Notes: a model not told the origin generated them from the sequence alone. DNA of 64,000 nt from an uncultured bacterium (GCA_903855135.1 CAINYB010000001.1:2740-66739), one strand, 5' to 3'. Shown: positions 19,495-29,781, counted from the stretch's first letter. Numbers and translations: made by a program.

Positions 19495-19584
19495 ATTTTT
19501 CTAAAGCTTAAAACTCTAAAAATCTTTTGTCAAACACCACTGTTGACTAACAAACCATAAAAAGTAATATTTATAATATATTAA

Positions 19585-19803
19585 ATGAAATCTAAAAAAA
19601 TAATTAAATGGTTGATTAATTATATGGCGTGGATAATAACAATAGTAATAATATTTGTTCTTTGGATTGAGTTCAAACTTGAAAAATTAAACGATCGTGC
19701 CATAAAAATGGCAGATTTATCTGCGCAAGCATTCAACGAGATAGAAAATCGCCTTATAAACCTTGAATCAAGGGTAAATGAGCTTGAAAACACAAGAAGA
19801 TAA
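19585..19803 (+). CDS. Small hypothetical protein (one TM helix + coiled coil)
   Basis: Hydrophobic segment followed by heptads FNEIENRLINLESRVNELE; only sizable ORF in this gap. Confidence 0.6.
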   Translation: MKSKKIIKWLINYMAWIITIVIIFVLWIEFKLEKLNDRAIKMADLSAQAFNEIENRLINLESRVNELENTRR

Positions 19804-19841
19804 TTTTTAAAAAAACAAAAACCAGTTAAATAATCACCAAC

Positions 19842-19865
19842 AAAAACACCCCGTTAGGGGTGTTT
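19842..19865. terminator. Bidirectional intrinsic terminator after fusA and the convergent small ORF
   Basis: aaaacacccc-gtta-ggggtgtttt. Confidence 0.75.
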
Positions 19866-19876
19866 TAAATATTATT

Positions 19877-21979
19877 TTATTTACCTTTCTTTTTCTTGAT
19901 TTCTTCGGCAACGTTACTTGGCACAGCTTGGTAGTGATGGAACTCCATGCTATAGCTAGCACGTCCTTGAGTCATACTACGTAAAGATGTAGCGTAACCA
20001 AACATTTCTGACAAAGGTACATCAGCGTGAATAACTTTAGCGCCAGCTCTATCAGTCATTTCATTGACTTGACCACGTTTAGAGTTTAAATCACCGATCA
20101 CATCACCCATGTATTGTTCTGGAGTCACAGCTTCTACGGCCATGATTGGCTCCAAAATAACTGGTTTAGCAGCATTAAAAGCTGTTTTGAAAGCCATAGA
20201 TCCAGCCATTTTGAAAGCAGCTTCTGAAGAGTCAACTTCGTGGTAAGAGCCATCATACACAGTAGCTTTGACGTCTTGGATTTCATAGCCAGCTAAAATA
20301 CCGTTGGACAAAGTTTCTTTAATACCCTTTTCAATGGCTGGCACATATTCTCTAGGAATAGCCCCACCTTTTAATTCATCAACAAACTCAAAACCAGTAC
20401 CTGCTTCTTTTGGCTCAATCTTTAGCCAGCAGTGACCATATTGACCACGTCCACCGGACTGCTTGATAAATTTACCTTCACCCGTCGCTTGCGCAGTAAT
20501 AGTTTCTTTAAAGGCGACTTGTGGAGCACCGACATTAGCCTCTACTGAAAACTCTCGTTTCATACGATCGACAATGATATCTAAGTGTAATTCACCCATA
20601 CCACCGATAATAGTCTGGTTAGTTTCTGGATCACTTTTAACAGTAAAGGTAGGATCTTCTTCGGCTAATTTTGCCAAAGCCATACCCATTTTTTCTTGGT
20701 CAGCTTTAGTCTTTGGCTCCACAGCGACGAAAATAACTGGATCTGGGAATTCCATGCTTTCCAAAACTACTGGATGATTGACATCAGACAAAGTATTACC
20801 AGTAGTAGTATCTTTCAAACCAACTACCGCCACAATATCGCCAGCAAAAACTTCAGTCACTTCTTCACGAGAGTTAGCATGCATGCGGACAATACGACCA
20901 ATTCTTTCTTTGGTGTTTTTATTGACATTTAAAACATAAGAACCAGCACTTAAATAACCAGAGTACAAACGAATAAAAGTCAAACGACCGACAAAAGGAT
21001 CGGTAGCCACTTTAAAAGCTAAAGCTACCATTGGCTCGCTATCTGCTGGCTTAACTAGCATTTTCTTTTCCTTATCTTTTGGATCCCAGCCTTCAATAGC
21101 TGGAGCATCTAAAGGAGATGGTAAATAAGCAGTAACAGCGTCAAGTAAAAATTGTACACCTTTATTTTTCAAAGCTGAACCACATAAAATTGGTACAATT
21201 TTGTTATGAATAACAGCTTGACGCAAAGCTAATTGCAATTCGGCAATAGTGATTTCTTCACCGGCTAAATATTTGTCGGTCAAATTTTCATCGGTTTCGA
21301 CAATAGCTTCGACTAATTTAGCACGATATTCTTCTACTTTGTCTTTCAAATCTTCTGGGATTTCACGCTTTTCGTATTGTTTACCGTCTTCATCTAAATA
21401 AAACCAAGCTTCACGTTCAAATAAATTGATAATACCTTGAAAAGTTTCAGCAGCGCCGATAGGTAATTGCATTGGGTGAGCGCGTTTGGTCAAACGTTCG
21501 TGAATAGTTCTTAAGTCAAAATAAAAGTCAGCTCCCATGCGGTCCATCTTGTTGACGAAAGCCAATCTTGGCACATGATATTTATCTGCTTGACGCCAAA
21601 CAGTTTCAGACTGTGGCTCTACACCAGCAACGCCATCAAAAACAATCACACCACCGTCTAAGACACGTAAAGATCTTTCTACTTCTACGGTAAAATCTAC
21701 GTGACCTGGGGTATCGATAATATTGATATTAGCTGTGCCACCACCAGCCCAGTCAGCAATTGGCCAAAAACAAGTAGTAGCCGCTGAAGTGATAGTGATA
21801 CCACGTTCACGCTCTTGCTCCATCCAGTCCATTTCGGCCTTACCTTCATGAACTTCACCGATTTTATGTTTTTTACCAGTATAAAAAAGAATACGTTCAG
21901 TAACGGTAGTTTTACCAGCATCAATATGAGCAATGATACCAATGTTTCTTACTTTTTCTAAGGGATGAACTCTAGCCAT
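19877..21979 (-). CDS. fusA: Elongation factor G
   Basis: [41 protein letters not shown]. True start MARVHPLEK at 21979. Confidence 0.99.
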   Translation of the reverse strand: MARVHPLEKVRNIGIIAHIDAGKTTVTERILFYTGKKHKIGEVHEGKAEMDWMEQERERGITITSAATTCFWPIADWAGGGTANINIIDTPGHVDFTVEVERSLRVLDGGVIVFDGVAGVEPQSETVWRQADKYHVPRLAFVNKMDRMGADFYFDLRTIHERLTKRAHPMQLPIGAAETFQGIINLFEREAWFYLDEDGKQYEKREIPEDLKDKVEEYRAKLVEAIVETDENLTDKYLAGEEITIAELQLALRQAVIHNKIVPILCGSALKNKGVQFLLDAVTAYLPSPLDAPAIEGWDPKDKEKKMLVKPADSEPMVALAFKVATDPFVGRLTFIRLYSGYLSAGSYVLNVNKNTKERIGRIVRMHANSREEVTEVFAGDIVAVVGLKDTTTGNTLSDVNHPVVLESMEFPDPVIFVAVEPKTKADQEKMGMALAKLAEEDPTFTVKSDPETNQTIIGGMGELHLDIIVDRMKREFSVEANVGAPQVAFKETITAQATGEGKFIKQSGGRGQYGHCWLKIEPKEAGTGFEFVDELKGGAIPREYVPAIEKGIKETLSNGILAGYEIQDVKATVYDGSYHEVDSSEAAFKMAGSMAFKTAFNAAKPVILEPIMAVEAVTPEQYMGDVIGDLNSKRGQVNEMTDRAGAKVIHADVPLSEMFGYATSLRSMTQGRASYSMEFHHYQAVPSNVAEEIKKKKGK

Positions 21980-22017
21980 ATTTTTTAAAATAAATATTTT
22001 AGCGATTAATTTATCCA

Positions 22018-22120
22018 GGTCCCCGTATACACGGGGATGGCGGAAAAAAAATAAAGTCTTATTGCGATGATAAAAAAAATCCTTCCTCAATCCCCGCGTA
22101 CGCGGGGAAATTGGAGGATT
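22018..22120. repeat. Two REP-like palindromes in the rpsG-fusA spacer
   Basis: ggtccccgtatacacggggatg (22018-22039) and tccccgcgtacgcgggga inside a longer stem (22078-22120). Confidence 0.6.
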
Positions 22121-22132
22121 TATAAATTAATT

Positions 22133-22597
22133 TTAAGCAAAGTGAGCGAAAGCTTTATTAGCCTCAGCCATACGATGAACATCTTCTCTCTTTTTCATGG
22201 CTTCACCTTCGCCGTTAGCGGCAGCTAATAACTCTTCGCCTAGTCTTTTGAACATAGCAGCACCTTTACGGTGTTGAGCGGCAGCGATGAGCCAACGATG
22301 AGCTAAGGTCATTTTGCGTTCACCAGTGACGACAATCGGTACTTGATAATTAGCACCACCAATTCTCTTACCTTTAACTTCCAAGTTTGGAGAAATATTA
22401 CGCATGGCGCTATCATAAATCTCGATTGGATCTTTTTTAGTTTTATCAGAAATATAAGCAAAAGCACCGTAAACTATTTTTTGAGCAGTGTTTTTTTTGC
22501 CATCTTGCATGATTTTATTAATCAATTTAGCTAAATCTAAACGATTAAACTTTGGATCTGGAGCAATACTTCTTTTTGGAGCTTGTTTACCTCTCAT
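22133..22597 (-). CDS. rpsG: 30S ribosomal protein uS7
   Basis: DGKKNTAQKIVY, RIGGANYQVP, HRMAEANKAFAHF. Confidence 0.98.
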   Translation of the reverse strand: MRGKQAPKRSIAPDPKFNRLDLAKLINKIMQDGKKNTAQKIVYGAFAYISDKTKKDPIEIYDSAMRNISPNLEVKGKRIGGANYQVPIVVTGERKMTLAHRWLIAAAQHRKGAAMFKRLGEELLAAANGEGEAMKKREDVHRMAEANKAFAHFA

Positions 22598-22602
22598 AGA
22601 AT

Positions 22603-23019
22603 TTATTTAGCTTTCTTAGCACCGTACAATGAACGGCCTTGTTTTCTTTTAGCAACACCTTGTGTGTCATAAACACCACGGACAATATGATAACGAACGC
22701 CAGGTAAATCTTTTACTTTACCGCCACGGATCATAACGATACTGTGTTCTTGTAAATTATGACCTTCACCAGGGATATAAGCAGTGACTTCCATACCGTT
22801 GGATAATCTGACCCTAGCAATCTTACGTAAAGCTGAGTTAGGTTTCTTTGGAGTAGTAGTAGTCACTTTTAAACAAACACCTCTTTTAAATGGTGCACCT
22901 TTAGGTCGATCTTTTTTGGTACGACGTAAAGTGTTTAAAGTAGTACGCAAAGCTGGAGTAACACTTTTAGCTTTGCTACTTTTTCTTGGATTTCTTAATA
23001 ATTGACCAACTGTAGGCAT
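22603..23019 (-). CDS. rpsL: 30S ribosomal protein uS12
   Basis: [33 protein letters not shown]. Confidence 0.99.
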   Translation of the reverse strand: MPTVGQLLRNPRKSSKAKSVTPALRTTLNTLRRTKKDRPKGAPFKRGVCLKVTTTTPKKPNSALRKIARVRLSNGMEVTAYIPGEGHNLQEHSIVMIRGGKVKDLPGVRYHIVRGVYDTQGVAKRKQGRSLYGAKKAK

Positions 23020-23109
23020 AAATCTTTGAAATAAATTTTAATAAATTATGATTTTTTATTTAAAAAGTCCTCCATAAAATAGCACAAAAAAATACTAAAG
23101 TCAAGGATA

Positions 23110-23739
23110 TTATAAGAAATAGCTAACTAAATCCAAGAAAAAGTCAAAAATATGACCAAAAATGTTAAAACCTAAGAAATTGTCAGCAATAATCAAAATC
23201 AATAAAACCCAAGGGCCATTAATGGCTAATTTCTGCTTAAAATCAGCAAAGCTATTAGGCAAAGCAGCAAATAATACCTTGGAGCCATCAAGTGGTGGAA
23301 TAGGAATCAAGTTAAAAACCCCTAAAGTCAAGTTCACAACAATCAAAGTACTAAGAAATATCACCAGCATGTTGTCTGGGGCTAAATTTGGGGCTACTAA
23401 ACGAAAAACAATAATAAATAGACCTACACTAATAAAGTTAGAAACCGGTCCAGCTAGAGCTACTAGAGCCTCTCCCCATTTTTTATACTTCAAATTATAA
23501 GGGTTAACTGGCACTGGCTTGCCCCAGCCAAAACCAGCCAAAAGTAGCATCATGGTACCAAAAAACTCCAAATGAGCCAAAGGATTCAAGGTCAAACGAC
23601 CGCTAAAATTCGCTGTCTGATCTCCCAAAATAGTGGCTGCCAGAGCATGAGCAAACTCGTGGATAGTCAAAGCATAGACCAAAACCACTATTATTACCAA
23701 AAACATCATTGGGCTATCAAATAAAAGATTAAAAAGCAT
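23110..23739 (-). CDS. Site-2 protease family (M50) membrane metalloprotease
   Basis: HEFAH, GRLTLNPLAHL, ALAGPVSN, FNLIPIPPLDG. Confidence 0.95.
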   Translation of the reverse strand: MLFNLLFDSPMMFLVIIVVLVYALTIHEFAHALAATILGDQTANFSGRLTLNPLAHLEFFGTMMLLLAGFGWGKPVPVNPYNLKYKKWGEALVALAGPVSNFISVGLFIIVFRLVAPNLAPDNMLVIFLSTLIVVNLTLGVFNLIPIPPLDGSKVLFAALPNSFADFKQKLAINGPWVLLILIIADNFLGFNIFGHIFDFFLDLVSYFL

Positions 23740-23814
23740 AGTCTTTACAAAACTTAATTTTTATGTTAATTTATTTACACCTATTATATCTTAATTTAAG
23801 AAAAGAATAAACAT

Positions 23815-24000
23815 ATGTCCAAAATGTGTGAAATTTGTGAACGTAAAGCTGTTATTGGTAATAGCCGTAGTCATTCTAATATCGCTACCAAACGTCGCAT
23901 GAGTATTAATTTACAAAGCAAAAAAGTAGATGGAAAAAAATTATCCGTCTGCACTAATTGTATTAAAACTATCAATAAACATAAAGCTAAAGAAGCTTAA
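23815..24000 (+). CDS. rpmB: 50S ribosomal protein bL28
   Basis: MSKMCEIC...GNSRSHSNIATKRR..INLQ...VCTNCIK. Confidence 0.95.
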   Translation: MSKMCEICERKAVIGNSRSHSNIATKRRMSINLQSKKVDGKKLSVCTNCIKTINKHKAKEA

Positions 24001-24012
24001 AGTTTATTCTCA

Positions 24013-24057
24013 TACCGCCCCGGTCCCCGCATACGCGAGGATGACACCGGGGCGGTA
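24013..24057 (+). terminator. rpmB terminator with a REP-like hairpin nested in its loop
   Basis: taccgccccgg/ccggggcggta stem followed by a T-run; inner ggtccccgcatacgcgaggatgac. Confidence 0.7.
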
Positions 24058-24071
24058 TTTTTTTATCCTTT

Positions 24072-24100
24072 TTGACAAAGCCAAAAACAAAATATATAAT
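24072..24100 (+). promoter_or_regulatory. Perfect sigma70 consensus promoter TTGACA-17-TATAAT
   Basis: ttgaca 24072-24077 and tataat 24095-24100. Confidence 0.8.
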
Positions 24101-24127
24101 AAAATAACTAAATATTAAAAAAACTTT

Positions 24128-24478
24128 ATGAAGAAAAGTGAAACAATTTTACAAAAAGATGTTAGTGAATTAAAAACAGATGTTAGTGAATTAAAAACAG
24201 ATGTTAGTGAATTAAAAACAACAGTCAATGACATTCTTTTTGCAGTGAATAAATTATCCGAAAATTTTGAACAAAGATTTGATAATGTAGAACAAGATTT
24301 GAGTAGCGTTAAACAAGACTTGAATGACTTCAAATCTACAGTGAATAATCAAATGGTGACTAAAGATTATTTAGACCGGAAATTAACAGAATTAAGAGGA
24401 GTAAATAAATTGACTACTCTTTTACAAAAGAAAAAGATAATTTCTCCAATAGAAGCTAAAATGGTTTTATCTATTTAA
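24128..24478 (+). CDS. Coiled-coil protein, paralog of 31372-31701
   Basis: Heptad repeats DVSELKT x3; conserved MVTKDYLD..L..LRG..KLT.LLQKK.IISP.EAKMVLSI tail. Confidence 0.8.
   Translation: MKKSETILQKDVSELKTDVSELKTDVSELKTTVNDILFAVNKLSENFEQRFDNVEQDLSSVKQDLNDFKSTVNNQMVTKDYLDRKLTELRGVNKLTTLLQKKKIISPIEAKMVLSI
24158..24220 (+). repeat. Perfect 21-bp tandem repeat x3 (gatgttagtgaattaaaaaca)
   Basis: Three identical copies read directly. Confidence 0.95.
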
Positions 24479-24486
24479 AACTTAAT

Positions 24487-24519
24487 CAAAGCCCCTCCCG
24501 CTATGCGGGAGGGGCTTTG
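24487..24519. terminator. Bidirectional terminator between the coiled-coil gene and purA
   Basis: caaagcccctcccgc-tat-gcgggaggggctttg. Confidence 0.75.
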
Positions 24520-24542
24520 TAATTTACAAATTTTTTTATTTT

Positions 24543-26048
24543 TTATATTTTAATAATCGTTTGTTCTCTGTCTGGACCAACTGATATCAAATCAATTTGT
24601 CCGCCAGTATAATTTTCAATAAACTCGACTAAAGTTTTCACAGCTTGAGGCAAAGTTTGATAGTCATCTATCTTTGTCAAATCTTCTGTCCAACCACTAA
24701 ACTCTTGATAAATCGGTTGACAATGATACAAAATATCTGAATCTGGAATAAAATAAGCTATCTCTTGATTAGTTTTTAAAACTGAACCTGCATAAAATAT
24801 TTCCGGACCAGTATATTTATATTTGACGCATAATTTGATTTTCTCCAGGCCAGTCAAAACATCTATTTTAGTCAGACTTAAATTCTGTCCATTAAATTGC
24901 ATAGCGTATTTAAGAGCCACGAGATCGAGCCAGCCAGTGCGTCTTGGGCGACCGGTCGTTGCACCATATTCACGACCCATCAGACGAAAAGCAATACCTT
25001 GAGAGAAATCATCGGCTTTTAATAAATCTGGTAATTTGACAGCATATTTTTCTTTTTCCTCTTCTTTACTATGACCAGAAGCGCAATAATCCTCGCTTTG
25101 CTTTGCACCTAACTCACTCGGGAATGGGCCATTACCCACGCGCGTCATATAAAAGGCTTTAGCAATCCCAAAGACATAGTCAACTTCTCGCTCTCTAAGG
25201 CCACAACCCTTAGCCAGACCCGCTAGCGTACAGTCAGAAGCAGTTTGAAATTTTGTCGTACCATAATCAATGCTTAATAAAGCACCTTGCGCACCTTCTA
25301 ATAAAATATTTTTCTGCTCTTTTTTTGCTTGCTGTAGAAACAATTCTAAATTAATCACAAAATCTTTTAGCCGCAAAGCATACTCTGAATATTTTTCTAC
25401 TATTTTATCGACCGACAAAATATTTTGTTCATCAAAAAATATCCCCGCCCCTAAATGTGGGTGTAATAAAATTTGTTTGGCTAAATCTTTGTCTAGCTGG
25501 GCTAAGATATCTTTTTTATTAGCTAAAAAATTTTCTAGTTTACTTTTAAAATTAACTCTATCAAAAATATCATTGACAAATAAACTCTGACGACTGATAA
25601 AATCTGCATACAGTGGGCCAATACCACGTCCAGTGGTGCCGACTTTAGCTTTCATATCTGACATCCTATCGATCAAAAGATGATAAGGTAACATCAATGG
25701 TGCTTGGTGGCTGATTTTTAAATTTTTGACGCTAATATTACTTTCTGCCAATAAATCCAGCTCGTCAATAACTATTTTTGGATCAAAAGCCACTCCTCTG
25801 CCTAAGATATTAATTTTTCCTTGGCTATCATGCAAAATACCAGAGGGAATCAAGTGAAAAATATGCTCTTGATCATTGACTAAAATAGTATGACCAGCAT
25901 TGGCGCCACCGGTACCACGGATGATAATATTTGCCCAAGAGCTCAATAAATCCACTAATTTGCCTTTACCGGTATCTCCCCACTGATTACAGACAACAGC
26001 GACAATTTTTTTATCAGCTAAAAACTTTTGTAAAATATCTTGTTGCAT
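24543..26048 (-). CDS. purA: Adenylosuccinate synthetase
   Basis: QWGDTGKGK, GGANAGHT, HLIPSG, GTTGRGIGP, EGAQG, TRVGNGPFP, EYGATTGRPRRTGWLD, TKIDVL, SVGPDREQT. Confidence 0.96.
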   Translation of the reverse strand: MQQDILQKFLADKKIVAVVCNQWGDTGKGKLVDLLSSWANIIIRGTGGANAGHTILVNDQEHIFHLIPSGILHDSQGKINILGRGVAFDPKIVIDELDLLAESNISVKNLKISHQAPLMLPYHLLIDRMSDMKAKVGTTGRGIGPLYADFISRQSLFVNDIFDRVNFKSKLENFLANKKDILAQLDKDLAKQILLHPHLGAGIFFDEQNILSVDKIVEKYSEYALRLKDFVINLELFLQQAKKEQKNILLEGAQGALLSIDYGTTKFQTASDCTLAGLAKGCGLREREVDYVFGIAKAFYMTRVGNGPFPSELGAKQSEDYCASGHSKEEEKEKYAVKLPDLLKADDFSQGIAFRLMGREYGATTGRPRRTGWLDLVALKYAMQFNGQNLSLTKIDVLTGLEKIKLCVKYKYTGPEIFYAGSVLKTNQEIAYFIPDSDILYHCQPIYQEFSGWTEDLTKIDDYQTLPQAVKTLVEFIENYTGGQIDLISVGPDREQTIIKI

Positions 26049-26116
26049 AAAAAAGTAAAAAAATTAAAAGCCAATCCACTGTGAATCGGTAACGATTGTT
26101 GCAGACGGCTAAATAT

Positions 26117-26253
26117 TTGCGCTCTAAAGCTTGGCAATTCCAACCCCTGAAAAATCAGGTGGGTTTCCGCAATTTAAGACCACGGTCTTAAATAATATAA
26201 GAATCCCAATAAGTCAGATTGTAGAGTTTTTTATTGCCAAACCGAGCGCAATT
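26117..26253 (-). ncRNA. Candidate 6S RNA-like long irregular hairpin (or purA leader RNA)
   Basis: Closing stems ttgcgctc/gagcgcaa and ggtttggcaat/attgccaagct, with G-U pairs favouring the minus strand. Large central bubble, inner stems tgggattc/gaaaccca and atttaagacc/ggtcttaaat. TTGCAT-17-TATATT promoter just upstream. Confidence 0.6.
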
Positions 26254-26350
26254 TAAATATAGCACAAAATATTTTGTGATGCAAAAAACTAAGTCTTAAA
26301 GACTTAGTTTTTTACTATCGCGCTAAAATATTATAATCAAAAAATTATAA

Positions 26351-26863
26351 TTAATTTTTTTCTACTAAAGTGTGTTTAGTGTAGCCTGGCTTATAATCTT
26401 GTAATTCATAATCATTGAACCAAACACTGATTTCCACCTCGGCTTCTTCTGGATTAGAAGAGGCATGAATCAGATTATACACACCAACTTGATTAGCATC
26501 AGCGTATTTAAAAGACAAATGAGCATAATCACCACGGATAGTACCAGGTGCGGCTGATTTTGGCTCGGTTTCCCCTACCATTTTTCTCACCACCGCTACT
26601 GCTTCGACACCTTCGATCACCAAAGCTATGATTGGACCAGAAGTAATCATCTCAATCATCATATCTCTGACGTGTTGTCCACGGCGTTGCGCTAAATCTT
26701 CAGTATAATGCTTCATTGCTGTATCTTTGTCAGACCAAACTAATTTCAAACCAGCTAATTTCAAACCAGTGCGTTCAAAACGAGTAATGATCTCACCTAC
26801 TAAACCACGATCCACTGCATCTGGCTTCAATAAAACTAAACTTCTTTCAAATTTATTGTCCAT
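26351..26863 (-). CDS. ndk: Nucleoside diphosphate kinase
   Basis: ERSLVLLKPDAV, TSGP, PGTIRGD, NLIHAS. Confidence 0.96.
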   Translation of the reverse strand: MDNKFERSLVLLKPDAVDRGLVGEIITRFERTGLKLAGLKLVWSDKDTAMKHYTEDLAQRRGQHVRDMMIEMITSGPIIALVIEGVEAVAVVRKMVGETEPKSAAPGTIRGDYAHLSFKYADANQVGVYNLIHASSNPEEAEVEISVWFNDYELQDYKPGYTKHTLVEKN

Positions 26864-26952
26864 AAAATTTATTGAGCTAATTAAATATTTATTTCTCAGT
26901 AATCCCGCCGAAGGCGGGATTATTTTAACTATTTGAATGCAATATTAGATTT

Positions 26953-27342
26953 TTATTTCTTTAATTTAGCTAATTCACGTTTAACTGACTCTACTACTTC
27001 AGCGGGCGTGACATTGGCTTTCACTAAATAACCGATAGCACCTAATTCCTTACCTTTGGCCACATCTTCATCTTGACCTAAATTGGTCAATAAAATAACA
27101 GGCAAGTCTTTAGTCTTTGGGTCTTCACGCATGGCCCGTAAAACAGAAAAGCCATCCATTTTCGGCATAATGACGTCTAATAAAACTAAGTCTGGGCTAG
27201 TGGTTTTACTTAATTCTAAGCCAGCGGCACCATCTAAAGCTTTCGTTATATCAAAACCTTCGTTTTGGAACTTCACTTCATACATATTAGCGAGCATTTC
27301 CTCGTCTTCAATCAGAAGAATTTTTACTTTTGCATCTGCCAT
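26953..27342 (-). CDS. Stand-alone response regulator receiver protein
   Basis: ILLIEDE, LLDVIMPKMDG, VILLTN, YLVK; no output domain. Confidence 0.95.
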   Translation of the reverse strand: MADAKVKILLIEDEEMLANMYEVKFQNEGFDITKALDGAAGLELSKTTSPDLVLLDVIMPKMDGFSVLRAMREDPKTKDLPVILLTNLGQDEDVAKGKELGAIGYLVKANVTPAEVVESVKRELAKLKK

Positions 27343-27405
27343 AAATTACAAATTATTAAATTATGCCTTTATTATAAGCAAATTATTCACAAAAAGCAAG
27401 CGGAC

Positions 27406-28233
27406 TTAATCTAGCAAATTCCAAACAAAACCCTCACTTTGCCAACGTAAAGTGCCAAAATCTTGAGTGAGATAAATCTGACAAGCAGAAGCACTCAATC
27501 TAGCTAAGGCTTCTGGGTGCGGATGCTGAAAATCATTATCCTTACCCACAGAAATCACACAAAACTTTGGCTGAACTTTTTTTAAAAATTCTGGACTAGA
27601 AGCATAACGACTACCATGATGTGCGACTTTTAATAAATCTGCCTGTAAATTTAAATCACTTTTAACTAATTTATCTTCTATTTCCGTCGTCAAATCTCCA
27701 GTTAATAATAAACTAGTTTGTAAATAATTAAATTTTAAAACCAAAGAATTATTGTTATAATCTTCATTATTATTTTCCGCAGAAACTACAAGAGCCGCAA
27801 CATTTTTTTCAAAATCAAAACTTTGTCCAGTTTGTACAAAAACTATCGGGATATTTTTAGCTTTTAATTTATCTAATAAAATGTGATACAAAAAATCATC
27901 TGGCTGATGGCTAGTGGTCAAAACTTCGCCTACTTCATATTTATTTAATAACTCTAGCAAACCCAAAATATGATCCGCATGATAGTGCGAAATCACGACG
28001 TAATCTATTTTATGCTCCCACCAAGGTAAAACTTCTCCTAAACGATTTAATAATAGATTATCTGGTCCGCCATCTACTAGTATTCTAGTGCCTTGAGGTA
28101 AATTTAATAAAATGGCATCACCTTGGCCAACATCTAAAAAATCCACTCGAAAACTTTCTATCTTAAATAAAAAAGTACTGCTTAAAAATAAAATGCCACA
28201 AAAAATGGAAATAATAATTAATTTTTTAGTCAT
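27406..28233 (-). CDS. ComEC-associated metallo-beta-lactamase domain protein
   Basis: FLDVGQGDA, SHYHADHI, NNNSLV, LTGD, KVAHHGS, HPHPE. Confidence 0.92.
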   Translation of the reverse strand: MTKKLIIISIFCGILFLSSTFLFKIESFRVDFLDVGQGDAILLNLPQGTRILVDGGPDNLLLNRLGEVLPWWEHKIDYVVISHYHADHILGLLELLNKYEVGEVLTTSHQPDDFLYHILLDKLKAKNIPIVFVQTGQSFDFEKNVAALVVSAENNNEDYNNNSLVLKFNYLQTSLLLTGDLTTEIEDKLVKSDLNLQADLLKVAHHGSRYASSPEFLKKVQPKFCVISVGKDNDFQHPHPEALARLSASACQIYLTQDFGTLRWQSEGFVWNLLD

Positions 28234-29666
28234 AGTAATTTTTTATTAGCCTTAAAATAATAAGTAAAAATAAATAAAATACTTAAGCTCAAAATAAATA
28301 AAGGAAAACTAAAAAAACTTATCGGATAGGCCGACCAAGTAAAACTCGCTAAAAAATGATTAGTGACCACTAAAAGCTTAAATAACAAAAATAAAGGCCA
28401 AGAAAATAGCCAAGCTATTGGCCAGTGTCCAAAAATCATCGTCAATAAACCAAAGCCAAGTAATGGCGGAAATAAAGGCAATAAGATTAAATTCGCTAAA
28501 AAAGTGACTAGCGAAAAAATTTGAAAATTATAAACAATCAAAGACCAAGTAAAAGTTTGCGCCGCCAGCGTGACGCTTAAAGTTTCTTGAAAATAGCTCG
28601 GTAAAAAACTTAATTTTTCTTGCCAATAATGACTATAAAATAATAAACCTAAAACCGCTAAAAATGACAACTGAAAACCAATGTCATATAACAAAGCGTA
28701 AGGATTTAGCCAAGTCAAAATCATCACACTTAATAACAAATTATTGATTGATAAAACTTTTCGCCCTAAAAATGGACCAATTAAAGCCACTGTAGCCATC
28801 AAAACCGAACGGCCGGCTGAAGCCGGCCAACCAATCAAGGCTAAATAAAAAAATAAAGTCAAAATCACTACATAAAAAATTTGATTGCGCGATAAACCGC
28901 AAGCAAATAATAAAGCTTCAACTAGCCAAATAATAATCACTAAATGCGAACCAGAGATAGCAATCAAGTGACTTAAACCTGTACGAGCAAAGTCATTTTT
29001 TACTTCTTTGTTTAGCTCTCCTCTATCGTCTAATAACATCGCTTTAGCTAAGCTAGAGGCCGGCTCACGCAAATAAATATTTAAGTTTTGCCAAAAATAT
29101 TGACGTAATTTTAAAAAACTAGACAAACTACTAGTTTGATTTAGTTTTTTTATTTGGGGACGAAAACATTGAGCAAATATTTTATTTTGGGCTAAATATT
29201 TATCATAAGAAAAACTACGCCCATTAGTAATAATCTTTTCTGGAGCAAATATTTTACAAGTAATTTCTAGTCTATCATTGACTTGATATTCTGGATAAAG
29301 TGGCACAAAAACTAAAATCTTGCCAGAAAAATTTGCTAAATTATTTGGTGCCACTACTAGCTGCCAATCCGCTAATCTTTTATTAGTTTCTAAAACTTGT
29401 GCTTGATAATGATAAGTTTGTTCAAAAACAAAATTATTTTTTACTTGTAGCTCTACTTCACTAAAAACAGTAACCCTCCATAAACTCAAAAAAATCAAAG
29501 CTAAAAATAAAAAATATTTCCAAGAAAAACTAAGCAAAATAAAAAATATCGCCAGATATAAAAATTCTGCCTTAAAAACTAAAAACTCCGGTTTTAAAAC
29601 CGCTAAAATTGTTATCAATAAAAAAACTAAGCTTAAGTAAAAGAAAAATTTACTCTTGGCCATCAA
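28230..29666 (-). CDS. comEC: ComEC/Rec2 competence membrane protein (DUF4131 + Competence domains)
   Basis: GLSHLIAISGSH, S..R, NPYALLYDIGFQLSFLA, ANL. Confidence 0.9.
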   Translation of the reverse strand: MMAKSKFFFYLSLVFLLITILAVLKPEFLVFKAEFLYLAIFFILLSFSWKYFLFLALIFLSLWRVTVFSEVELQVKNNFVFEQTYHYQAQVLETNKRLADWQLVVAPNNLANFSGKILVFVPLYPEYQVNDRLEITCKIFAPEKIITNGRSFSYDKYLAQNKIFAQCFRPQIKKLNQTSSLSSFLKLRQYFWQNLNIYLREPASSLAKAMLLDDRGELNKEVKNDFARTGLSHLIAISGSHLVIIIWLVEALLFACGLSRNQIFYVVILTLFFYLALIGWPASAGRSVLMATVALIGPFLGRKVLSINNLLLSVMILTWLNPYALLYDIGFQLSFLAVLGLLFYSHYWQEKLSFLPSYFQETLSVTLAAQTFTWSLIVYNFQIFSLVTFLANLILLPLFPPLLGFGLLTMIFGHWPIAWLFSWPLFLLFKLLVVTNHFLASFTWSAYPISFFSFPLFILSLSILFIFTYYFKANKKLL

Positions 29667-29751
29667 AATCGCTTTAATTATTTTGTAGCTTCAACTTAGC
29701 TGAAAATACTACAAAAGTCAATTCCACTTCAGCTATTACTAATTCAGCTAT

Positions 29752-29778
29752 AAAACACCCGCCTTCGGCGGGTGTTTT
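29752..29778 (-). terminator. Intrinsic terminator
   Basis: aaaacacccgcc-ttc-ggcgggtgtttt. Confidence 0.75.
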
Positions 29779-29781
29779 TAA

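Noticed and set aside
21980-22090. 37-aa N-terminal extension of EF-G in the ORF track
   Set aside because: It runs through a REP-like palindrome; the conserved start is MARVHPLEK at 21979.
24158-24220. CRISPR array
   Set aside because: The repeats are contiguous with no spacers, are in frame within a CDS, and no cas genes are present.
24543-26048. PurZ (2-aminoadenine, Z-genome pathway) instead of PurA
   Set aside because: The catalytic Asp is retained (GDTGKG, not GSTGKG), and there is no phage context or mazZ/datZ nearby.
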